Positions 9,734 through 18,077 of a DNA stretch of 55,029 bases are shown in pieces; positions within the stretch are counted from its first letter, which is position 1, and every line of letters starts with the position of its first letter. A program made the position numbers and the translations under genes. The stretch comes from Prosthecobacter sp. GTDB lineage: Bacteria; Verrucomicrobiota; Verrucomicrobiia; Verrucomicrobiales; Verrucomicrobiaceae. A model generated the notes under the pieces. The model worked only from the letters and a program-made list of their open reading frames with translations, ran no database searches and was not told the DNA's origin. The DNA lies in contig JBILPY010000001.1 in assembly GCA_044373575.1 (NCBI GenBank), positions 1 through 55,029 of the forward strand, in the 5' to 3' direction.

Positions 9734-10450
9734 TTAATCCCCGCGCAGGCCATTTCTTTTCCCTTTCGGGCGGCCCTGTATAAACTCGCCACGCTCCAAA
9801 GCAGCAAAGGCCTGTTCACCCAAACCCGCTCGCACATGGTCTTTGAGTGCGGTTGCGAGCTTCGCTGTAGTGTCTGGCCGCTTCTTCGCCTCATCCCGTG
9901 TTTCGCCGAGGTCGTTCTTCCAAATCGAAGAGCAGCCCTTCCTTCGTGTCCCAGAAGTAGAGCAGCTTGTAATCACCCTTACGCATGGCGGATTGCGGAT
10001 GCGCGACTTCGACGGTCTGATGCCAGACAAAGCGGTCAATGGGCCGCTTCACTGGTTCTTTGCCAGCACTGAGCAGGAGCGGCTTCCAACTGCCACCTTC
10101 GACTCCTTTCGGCAGTGCGAAGCCGTTACCGGTGCGCTCCAGTTTCGTGATGACTTATCCGGCGCATTGAGCGTCGTCGTCGTGCGACCCATTTGGATCG
10201 CCGCACGCGAGCACTCGCATTTGCGATGCGCCGGATAAGCCTGTGAAAACGTCATTCCCTGTGCTGCGAACTTTTCCAAATTTGGCGTCTTGAACACACG
10301 GCTGCCGCTCAGCGGTTTATCCGCCTTCATCCGCACGGAAGTGCCGCTCCACGACTGGTCATCAGCGAGAATGAAGAGAATGTTCGGAGCCTTCGCCAAG
10401 GCACTCGTCGCGGCTTCGAGAAGCGACTGGATTGTGAGAAGATGTTTCAT
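9734..10450 (-). pseudogene. Sulfatase pseudogene with a large internal deletion and frameshifts
   Basis: N-terminus PNILFILADD...TPNLEKFAAQGMTF...CECSR joins near 10120, in another frame, to the C-terminal part ALPKGVEGGSWKPLL...GDYKLLYFWD...LFDL; a second shift near 9922 leads to NDLGET; both ends align by eye with sulfatase 13296-14684. Confidence 0.85.
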
Positions 10451-10465
10451 GATGTGCGCGGTTCA

Positions 10466-11818
10466 TTACTTCGCCTTGATGGTGTAGCTGTGCTCCACCG
10501 CGCCGTTTTTGAGGTCGGACCGCGTCATGCCTGGCACAATGCTACGAACGTAATCGACCCTAGCTTCGCTTCCGTTCACGGTGACACGCACATGGCCGCT
10601 GCTGCCGAGGATAACGCCAGCGTAGCGGTATTCCTCCGCGCTGCGGGTGCCCCCACTCGGATGACCTGGCTGCGGTACTTCTTGATAAATGATGCCATCC
10701 AGCTCTTCTTTGACGAAGAGATGATCGTGGCCGTGGAAGACGGCGCTAACGCCGGTTTTGACGAGGAGCTGATGAATCGGCATCTCCCAGCCGGGCCGGT
10801 TTTGCTTGAAGCCTTCGCTGCCGTCGGCGTTTTGGCCGCCCCACTCCATGTAGTCGGCTGGTTTGGCTCCGCCGCGCACATCACGGCCCAAACCACCAAC
10901 CAGATGGTGGATGAAGACGAAACGCATCACCGCTTTGCTGTTGGTGAGCGTCTTCGTGAGCCAGCGATATTGCGTTTCACCGAGCGTCATGTCCCAGCCG
11001 GAGGCTCCGCGCTTCGTGGTGGCCCAAAATGGATCGAGGCCGATGAAGAGCGCGTTTCCCCATTCGAAGGCGAAGTAGCTGTGCTTGTCGTTGCCGTCGG
11101 TCGGGTTCGGAAAGTAGGTGTGGCGTTGCTTCAGCGACCAATCCGACATCTCCGGGTCGCTGCCGCGCTCACCGTCGTGATTGCCCAAGACCATGAAAAT
11201 GGGCACGCTGTGCGCGATCCGGCCCATGTAGTAGCGCTGCGCTTTGTATTGCGACTCTGAGCGCGTGTAGAAGCGGCCAAACTTGTCCACCATCGTCGTG
11301 TCGCCAAGGTCGATCATGAAGTCCGGCTTGTCGGCGAGCATGTTGGCCAGCGTTTGCTGGTAAACGCGCACGTCGGTGCTGTTGTCGAGGTGCGAGTCCG
11401 CCTGCATGACGAAGGAGAACTTCGATCCGGCCTTCTGCTGCGTGTGAAAGCTCCGCATCGCATCCTGCACCGCCTCGCCACCGGCACGGCGATAGGTGAG
11501 GCGGTAGTTGTAGCTCGTGTCAGGCTTCAAACCTCCGAGCACGATGTTTTGAGGCTCGCCAGCCTTCAGTTTCACCTCAGCAGTCTTTAATCCGTCGCCA
11601 TACTCGATGAAGGCCTCCATTTCATCCCACGCGAGCACGCTGACGGTTACTGACTCCGCGCCCGGTCGGCAAAGCCAGACGTTGAAAAGATACGGCGGCA
11701 CCACGGCAGGCTCGACTTGGCCACCTTGGCCTGCGCCGCCTTTCGGCTTTTCATCGGGAGCCGCAGCGATGAAAAGCAAGGGTAGCAGGGCAAACAACAG
11801 TGCGTTGTGCGTTTTCAT
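10466..11818 (-). CDS. Exported metallophosphoesterase (purple acid phosphatase-like, Fn3-like N-domain)
   Basis: ADSH, DLGD, LGNHD, FIHH, HGHDH metal-binding motifs; signal peptide. Confidence 0.9.
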   Translation of the reverse strand: MKTHNALLFALLPLLFIAAAPDEKPKGGAGQGGQVEPAVVPPYLFNVWLCRPGAESVTVSVLAWDEMEAFIEYGDGLKTAEVKLKAGEPQNIVLGGLKPDTSYNYRLTYRRAGGEAVQDAMRSFHTQQKAGSKFSFVMQADSHLDNSTDVRVYQQTLANMLADKPDFMIDLGDTTMVDKFGRFYTRSESQYKAQRYYMGRIAHSVPIFMVLGNHDGERGSDPEMSDWSLKQRHTYFPNPTDGNDKHSYFAFEWGNALFIGLDPFWATTKRGASGWDMTLGETQYRWLTKTLTNSKAVMRFVFIHHLVGGLGRDVRGGAKPADYMEWGGQNADGSEGFKQNRPGWEMPIHQLLVKTGVSAVFHGHDHLFVKEELDGIIYQEVPQPGHPSGGTRSAEEYRYAGVILGSSGHVRVTVNGSEARVDYVRSIVPGMTRSDLKNGAVEHSYTIKAK

Positions 11819-11838
11819 GGGATCAGCATACGCAGAGC

Positions 11839-11887
11839 TGTCAGCGGGCCATCAAGGGCAGCTCGGGAAATTGTCAGCAATTGGTAA
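11839..11887. promoter_or_regulatory. Conserved 49-bp upstream element, copy 1
   Basis: TGTCAG-cgggcc-ATCA-N16-TTGTCAG-caatt-GGTAA; 20 bp from the ATG at 11818. Confidence 0.75.
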
Positions 11888-11935
11888 GCGAGCCGTCGCT
11901 TCCATGCGCTGACATGCTTTCAACAATCACGGCCA

Positions 11936-13276
11936 TCATTTCACGGCATCAAACTGCGAGATTAGCGGATGGATGCGCGTGTTCAGTTCTCGCATGGCCT
12001 CCAAGAGGGGCGAGTAAGGCTCGTAGTGATTGTTGAGGATGCCTTTGTTGCTATCGCGATTCGATGCGTCAGTGTTCGTGTTGGCGGGATCGTTGTCCAT
12101 GTATTTGAACCAGTGCCAGCCGACGCAGGTTTTGGATTCCAGCAGTGAGAGCGTGAAGTTTTGATAAAACGCTCCGCGATCCGCCTGAGTGCGCACCACC
12201 CAGCCTGCGCCGCTGGTGTTTGCCATACCACTGTCCATGCCCTTGACGTAAAACTCGGTGATGAGGCAGGGCTTGCCCGACCACTCGTGCCACTGGCGGA
12301 GGTGCTCCTTCTGCGGGCTCCAGTGATCGTAGTAGTTCATCGAGATAACATCACACCAGCGGCCTGCGGCCTTCCACACGCCGCTGACTGACTTCGCCGG
12401 TCCGTGAAAGCGCGAGCCGAGGCACAAATGACGCGGCAGCACCTCGCGGATGGCTTGTGTGGTAAGGCGGAAGTAGGTGTCAAAAACGTGCTGGACGAAC
12501 TCGCGGCGTAGATCGTCCGTCACCACTCCTTTCCCGGTCATGAACGTCTGCGCTGCGGCCTGGGTGGCGCCGCCACGCTTCAGCATGCGGTCGAGCATGT
12601 CCTTCTTGATAGGCAGCTCGTTGTCAGAGAAGACGCCGACAAGCCAAGGATCACCCTTCATCGCCGAAAGCCTCTTCTTGCACTCGTCCGAGCAAAATGC
12701 AGCAAAGCCGGGCTCGAAGACCGGGATGACCTCATCTGCAAAGCCAGTGTGACCGGCTTCCGAGTGCGTGACGCCGACCTTTCTCCCAAAGCCGCTCATC
12801 AGCCCCAGCGTGACCGTGTAGGGCATGGGCTTCTTCGCAGAGCGCAGGACCTCCTCATCGGAAAAACCGCCACAGCCGCTGAAGCCATGCTCACGCAGCA
12901 AATCGAGCGCCTTCGTAGCCCAGACCTCGTTCGAGCCAAAAAGCCGCTCAAACGGCTCTTTGGCGGAGAACTTGGTTTCAGGCTTCAATGAGCAAACGCC
13001 CGCGAAGATGAAGCGTCCACCGTCGGGATCGATCATCCACCAACGGTTGCCGATTTTTTCGACGCGGAAGAAGCCTGTGGCCTCCTTTTTTTCGGCCGAT
13101 AATCCGCCGAACCGCGTGAAAGCCTCCTTTGGCAAAGGCTGCACTTCGAATGCAGCCAGCGTGCGCGTCTCCCGTCCCTTCCACTCGGACGAGACAACGG
13201 CCTTCGCATCCACGAAGCGTGTTTCAGCGGTTTGTGCAGCCAAGATGGGGAGTAGCAGAATGATTTTCCAAGTCAT
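11936..13276 (-). CDS. Glycoside hydrolase, beta-agarase/GH50-like (clan GH-A)
   Basis: GFFRVEK..RWW.IDPDG, FSDNEL, LGSRF, KPCLITEF, TQADRG, VGWHWFKY; two candidate catalytic glutamates. Confidence 0.75.
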   Translation of the reverse strand: MTWKIILLLPILAAQTAETRFVDAKAVVSSEWKGRETRTLAAFEVQPLPKEAFTRFGGLSAEKKEATGFFRVEKIGNRWWMIDPDGGRFIFAGVCSLKPETKFSAKEPFERLFGSNEVWATKALDLLREHGFSGCGGFSDEEVLRSAKKPMPYTVTLGLMSGFGRKVGVTHSEAGHTGFADEVIPVFEPGFAAFCSDECKKRLSAMKGDPWLVGVFSDNELPIKKDMLDRMLKRGGATQAAAQTFMTGKGVVTDDLRREFVQHVFDTYFRLTTQAIREVLPRHLCLGSRFHGPAKSVSGVWKAAGRWCDVISMNYYDHWSPQKEHLRQWHEWSGKPCLITEFYVKGMDSGMANTSGAGWVVRTQADRGAFYQNFTLSLLESKTCVGWHWFKYMDNDPANTNTDASNRDSNKGILNNHYEPYSPLLEAMRELNTRIHPLISQFDAVK

Positions 13277-13295
13277 GCCAAGCCCCTATCACGGC

Positions 13296-14684
13296 TCACT
13301 CGTTCTGCATCGGCTTCTTACCACCTTTGCCTTTTCCACCGCCGCCTTTGCCGCCGCCCTTCCTCGCAGGCTCTTTGTTCGGGTCGTAGTTCGGATTGGG
13401 TTTCGGCATTTCGGCTCCGACTTCCTTCAAATAGTCCGCGAGCTGCTTGGAGAGCGTTGCGGCGAGTTCGGGCTTGGCGGCGGCGAGGTTCTTGGTCTCG
13501 CCGACGTCGGCGGCGAGGTCGAAGAGATGGTTTTCACCCGTTTCGTAGAAGTGGAGGAGCTTCATGTGGCCGCTGAGGATCGCCGAGTGCGGTGAGTCGC
13601 CTTGATAATGCGGGAAATGGAACACGAGCGGCTCTCGGGGTCGTTTCACGGGTTCGGATGAACCGCTGAGCAGATGGGTGATGTCGCCACCATCGAGCTC
13701 CTTGGGCAGCGCTGCCTTCACGCCGGCCCAGCGGCAAAAGGTCGGGAAGAAGTCGTAGCCGACGACCCGCTGGTGGCACCACGAGTTCGGCGCGATGCCG
13801 GGTCCGCGAATGATCAAGGGCACGCGGATGCCGCCTTCCCACACATCGCCCTTGCCGCCCATCAACGTGCGGCGATTCGAGCCGCCGTTGTCCGACATGT
13901 AGATGACGATGGTATTCTTTGAGAGGCCCATGGCATCCTGCTTTGCCAGCAACTCGCCCACACCGCGGTCGAGGTCTTCCGCGATGGCGGCGCGGCCGAT
14001 TTCCTTGTCGTTTCCGCCTGAGGCGAGCTTCCGATATTTCTCCAGCAACGCGGGTGTGGCGTTCTCGGGATAATGCAGCGCGTTGTAGCTCATCTGGATG
14101 AAGAAGGGCTTCCGGGCAGCCTGACTGCGCTTCATGAAATCCACTGCACGCGAGCCCATGCCAAAAATGTCCACCGGGTTCGGCGGCAGATGCGGTGCGG
14201 CGTCTTGATTGCCTGTGTCGCCATCGCTTTCGTCGTAGCCGTGGGCGGCAGGTCCACCGCCGGAGAGATGCCATTTGCCGTAGTGCGCAGTCGCGTAACC
14301 CGCCGACTTCAGCATCTGCCCGATGGTGACTTCGTCACCGCGAATGCTCTTGCGGTTGTCGCCTTCGATCAGGCGATGGCCCTGCTCAGAAGGAGCTGCC
14401 TTCGTCCAACCGAGCGCCGCGGGATTTCGTCCCGTTTGCAAACTGATGCGTGTCGGCGAGCACACCGGTGCAGGTGCATAAGCCGCGCTGAATCTCATGC
14501 CCTGCTCCGCGAGTCGCGCGATGTTCGGCGTCTGCACGAAGCTGCTTTTCGAGTCTGGCATGTCCGGGTGCATCTGGCAGGACAGCCCGCTCCAAGCCTG
14601 ATCGTCCGAGAGCATGAAAAGGATATTCGGCGGCCCGGCGGCGATGGCGCTGGAGGCTGCAAGGAGAAGGAAAAGGTGCTTCAT
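13296..14684 (-). CDS. Sulfatase (S1, Cys-type) with Gly/Lys-rich tail
   Basis: PNILFMLSDD, CSPTR, GKWHL, SDNG, EGGIRVP. Confidence 0.95.
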   Translation of the reverse strand: MKHLFLLLAASSAIAAGPPNILFMLSDDQAWSGLSCQMHPDMPDSKSSFVQTPNIARLAEQGMRFSAAYAPAPVCSPTRISLQTGRNPAALGWTKAAPSEQGHRLIEGDNRKSIRGDEVTIGQMLKSAGYATAHYGKWHLSGGGPAAHGYDESDGDTGNQDAAPHLPPNPVDIFGMGSRAVDFMKRSQAARKPFFIQMSYNALHYPENATPALLEKYRKLASGGNDKEIGRAAIAEDLDRGVGELLAKQDAMGLSKNTIVIYMSDNGGSNRRTLMGGKGDVWEGGIRVPLIIRGPGIAPNSWCHQRVVGYDFFPTFCRWAGVKAALPKELDGGDITHLLSGSSEPVKRPREPLVFHFPHYQGDSPHSAILSGHMKLLHFYETGENHLFDLAADVGETKNLAAAKPELAATLSKQLADYLKEVGAEMPKPNPNYDPNKEPARKGGGKGGGGKGKGGKKPMQNE

Positions 14685-14704
14685 GCCACAAACAACGTCA
14701 CCTC

Positions 14705-14753
14705 TGTCAGCAGCGCTTCAGCGAAGGCGGGAAAGATTGTCAGGATTCGGTCA
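14705..14753. promoter_or_regulatory. Conserved 49-bp upstream element, copy 2
   Basis: TGTCAG-cagcgc-TTCA-N16-TTGTCAG-gattc-GGTCA; 20 bp from the ATG at 14684. Confidence 0.75.
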
Positions 14754-16232
14754 AGGCTGCTTTTGTCCGCGAAATATGAACTCCTCGCGGCTCACTTGGC
14801 CATCTTTGTCGGCGTCATACTTGCCGAAACGCTTCTCCGCAGTTTCGGCGTCAGACTGGCTGGAGATGAAGACCTCACGGCTGATTATGCCGACTTTGTC
14901 GGCATCGAGTTTGTTGAACTTCTCCGCACGCTCGGCTTCTTCCGGGCTGAGGTCGGTGGCGGGCTTCTTCTTGCTCTTGTTCGCATGACGGCCGGTGCCG
15001 TCACCGCTGTCGGGGATGCCGCCTGCGGGGTTCAGTTTAGCTAACACGGCGGCGAGTTTCGTGCGGGCGGGATGATCGCCCGTAACGAGTTTTTCGGTAA
15101 ATGGCGCATCGTTCATGTCGAAGAGTTCGCCCTTCTCATTGAGCTTCCACTGCGCATCCCGCGCATACCACATGGCAGCGAGTTGGTTATAGACCCACTC
15201 ACGCGGCTGGCCGGGCTCGCCACGGAGCTGCGGTGCAATGCTGTGGCCGTCGAAGATCGTGTCTTTGGGCAAAGTGCCACCTGAGAGCTCAGCGAAGGTC
15301 ACCAGGAAGTCGGTGGAGTCGATCAAATCGGTGCTCACTTTGCCAGCGGGCATTTTGGCAGGCCAGTTGGCGATCATCGGCACGAGGCCGCCACACTCTA
15401 GCATGCTGCCTTTCATGCCGGAGAGCGCCTTTCCGCCGATGGTGGCGCGATCGGATTGGCCTTTGCCGGTGCCGTTGTCGCCCATGAAGATGATGAGCGT
15501 GTTATCACGCAGCTTGAGTGCTTCGAGTTCGGTCACGAGCTTGCCGACCAGCTTGTCCATGTAGGCGATGTTGTCGGCCATGAGGTCGGTGCTGCCAGAG
15601 GCGCTATCGGGTGTCGGCAGCAAGTCGCCGTGGACGCTGGACATCGGGTAATAGACGAAGAAAGGCCCGCCCTTGTGCTTCGTGATGAACTTCATCACAT
15701 GCTCGTGCAGCAGGTCCGGCATGTATTCATCATCACCGAGTTTCAGCTCCTGGCCGTTGACCTGATACTTCTCGGTCTTGCCGTCCTGGGCGTTTCGATA
15801 GACGCCGCTGCCGTTGAAGCGCAGGTAAACATCGAAACTCGCCTCGTCTGGCTCACCGGGAAGCTGCCCCCACTTGCCGACGGAGGCTGTCTTGTAACCT
15901 GCGCTCTTGAAGACACGGCCGAGTTGCAATTCCTTGTTCGGCATGACCATGCACGCGTCCTGGTTGCTCGATCCATTGCGAAAGGCATAGCGCCCCGTCA
16001 TGATCATCGCCCGTGACGGGCCGCAAAGCGCTGCGGTAAAGCAATACGTGAAGCGCGTTCCCTCGCTGGCAAGTTTATCGATGTGCGGCGTCTTGTAATT
16101 GTCCGCGCCATAGCAGCCGACGTTCCCGATGCCGAGATCATCGGCGAGCATGAAGATGACGTTGGGTTTGTCGGCAGCTTGTATCAGAGCAAGTGGTGCA
16201 AACGCGCAAACGAGAATCAGGACGATTTTCAT
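14751..16232 (-). CDS. Sulfatase (S1, Cys-type) with C-terminal EF-hand pair
   Basis: PNVIFMLADD, CGPSR, GKWGQL, GDNG; tail DADKVGIISREVF and DADKDGQVSREEF. Confidence 0.93.
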   Translation of the reverse strand: MKIVLILVCAFAPLALIQAADKPNVIFMLADDLGIGNVGCYGADNYKTPHIDKLASEGTRFTYCFTAALCGPSRAMIMTGRYAFRNGSSNQDACMVMPNKELQLGRVFKSAGYKTASVGKWGQLPGEPDEASFDVYLRFNGSGVYRNAQDGKTEKYQVNGQELKLGDDEYMPDLLHEHVMKFITKHKGGPFFVYYPMSSVHGDLLPTPDSASGSTDLMADNIAYMDKLVGKLVTELEALKLRDNTLIIFMGDNGTGKGQSDRATIGGKALSGMKGSMLECGGLVPMIANWPAKMPAGKVSTDLIDSTDFLVTFAELSGGTLPKDTIFDGHSIAPQLRGEPGQPREWVYNQLAAMWYARDAQWKLNEKGELFDMNDAPFTEKLVTGDHPARTKLAAVLAKLNPAGGIPDSGDGTGRHANKSKKKPATDLSPEEAERAEKFNKLDADKVGIISREVFISSQSDAETAEKRFGKYDADKDGQVSREEFIFRGQKQP

Positions 16233-16273
16233 GAAAGTGGCTTTTGATCCGGATGGTGGGCTGCCAAGCGAAA

Positions 16274-17998
16274 CTACTTTCCGCCCTTGATGAACTCCTC
16301 GCGGGAGAGAAGGCCGTCCTTGTCCTTGTCGAACTTTGTGAAGCGCTCTTTGGCTTCATCGCTGTTCGATTGTCGGCCGAGATACTCGTCGAACGTGAGC
16401 TTCGCCTTGCCGGGGTAGAGGCGGTCGTAGCGCACGTCGCGAGGTTCGTTGGGGTCGTAGGCTTTGCTTTTGCTGGCACCGACGTTCTTGGCGACCTTGC
16501 CGCTTTTCTTTGGCTGCGAGTCGCTGCCGGTGGGCGGCAAGTGTTTTTTCAAGGACTCGATCAAGGCGGCGTGCTCGAGCTTGGTGGCGAGGTTCACGGT
16601 CTCGTTGGGGTCGTTTTTCTCGTCGTAGAGCTCAATGAAGCCGATGTCGGCGGCGTTGCGCTTGCGCCAGAAGGTGCCGCGCCATTGCTCAGTCCGCACG
16701 CTGTAGCCCATGAGGCTGCCGCCGTGGTCTTTGGAGGATTTGGGATAGACGCTGATCGCGGGCTTCTGCATCGGCGCGTGGGGATTTTCGAGGTAGGGCT
16801 TCAAGCTCATGCCCGCGAGACCTTGCGGCACCTGGAGTCCACACACGTCGGCCAGTGTGGGATAGACATCGACGAACTCCACCGGCGCAGCGCAGTGACG
16901 GCCTGCGGTGCTGCTTTTTGGCAAAGCGATGAGCAGCGGTGCACGCGCGGCGATCTCGAAGTTCGTGTGTTTGTGCCACAGGCCGTGCTCGCCGAGTTGC
17001 CAGCCGTGGTCGCCCCACAAAACGATGACGGTGTTGTCAGAGAGACCTTCTTTGTCGAGCGCATCGAGCAGGCGACCGACCTGCGCGTCGATGAAGCTGA
17101 TGCAGGCATTGTAGCCATGGCGCAGCGTCTTGGCGAAATCAGCGGGGATGGGATTGCCTGCTGGCACGCCGGGGTAGGAATGCAGCTCACCATTGTCATG
17201 ACCGACAAAGCTCGGCGTGCCTTCAGGATAGCTTTCAAACGCCGGACCGGGGATCGTCTCCGCATCGTGCATGTCCCAATACTTCTTCGGCGCGACAAAC
17301 GGCAGATGTGGTTTCACAAAGCCCACACCGAGGAAAAACGGCTTCCCTGCGGCTTTGAGTGCCGCGAGCCGCTTCACAGCCTCCACCGCCACCGCGCCAT
17401 CGGGCAGCTCGTCGTCGCTTTTCGGACTTACTTCATACGCGGCACCTTGTTTGCCACTTTTTCCACCTTTGCGGTTCGGCACATCAGTGAGCGGATTGGC
17501 GAACTCGCTCTTCACACCTTCAAACTTTGTCACCGTGTGCTTCGTCCAGTCCTTCTCATCTACGCTGACCATCTGGCCGCCCGGGAACCAACGCGGCTCG
17601 CTCCACGACGGTCCATCTTCAAAGCCATGATGCTCCAGCTTGCCGAGTCCGACGGTGTGGTAGCCATTCGAGCGAAAATGCTGCGGCAGTGTCACGCAAT
17701 GCCACTGCGCATCACGGAAGTGCGTATCGAGGTCCCAGACCTTCGTCGTGTCCGGCCGCAGCCCCGTCAAAATCGCCGTGCGTGAGGGACTGCACACCGC
17801 CTGAGCGCAGTAGGCTTTGTCGAAAACCATGCCACGAGTCGCGAGCCGATCGATGTTAGGCGTCTTCGCATGTTTCACCCCATAGCAGCCGAGCTCAGGA
17901 CGCAGGTCATCGACGGCGATGAACAGGATGTTCGGCTTCGCAGCGAAGGACGAATGCAGGAGAAGCAACGAAGAGAGGAACAGGAGAACAGACTTCAT
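16274..17998 (-). CDS. Sulfatase, iduronate-2-sulfatase-like, with C-terminal EF-hand
   Basis: PNILFIAVDDLRP, CSPSR, GFVKPHLPF, WGDHG.LGEHGLW; tail DKDKDGLLSREEF. Confidence 0.93.
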   Translation of the reverse strand: MKSVLLFLSSLLLLHSSFAAKPNILFIAVDDLRPELGCYGVKHAKTPNIDRLATRGMVFDKAYCAQAVCSPSRTAILTGLRPDTTKVWDLDTHFRDAQWHCVTLPQHFRSNGYHTVGLGKLEHHGFEDGPSWSEPRWFPGGQMVSVDEKDWTKHTVTKFEGVKSEFANPLTDVPNRKGGKSGKQGAAYEVSPKSDDELPDGAVAVEAVKRLAALKAAGKPFFLGVGFVKPHLPFVAPKKYWDMHDAETIPGPAFESYPEGTPSFVGHDNGELHSYPGVPAGNPIPADFAKTLRHGYNACISFIDAQVGRLLDALDKEGLSDNTVIVLWGDHGWQLGEHGLWHKHTNFEIAARAPLLIALPKSSTAGRHCAAPVEFVDVYPTLADVCGLQVPQGLAGMSLKPYLENPHAPMQKPAISVYPKSSKDHGGSLMGYSVRTEQWRGTFWRKRNAADIGFIELYDEKNDPNETVNLATKLEHAALIESLKKHLPPTGSDSQPKKSGKVAKNVGASKSKAYDPNEPRDVRYDRLYPGKAKLTFDEYLGRQSNSDEAKERFTKFDKDKDGLLSREEFIKGGK

Positions 17999-18077
17999 GG
18001 GCCAGTGTGAACGCCAAAGAGTTCCCGATGTAGCATCGTTTGACAGATGATTTCACAAGCCCGCCTGATCAGTCGTC

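Noticed and set aside
17999-18077. Possible fifth full copy of the 49-bp element upstream of sulfatase 16274-17998
   Set aside because: TTTGACAG...TTTCAC is present but does not match the consensus or spacing of the other copies
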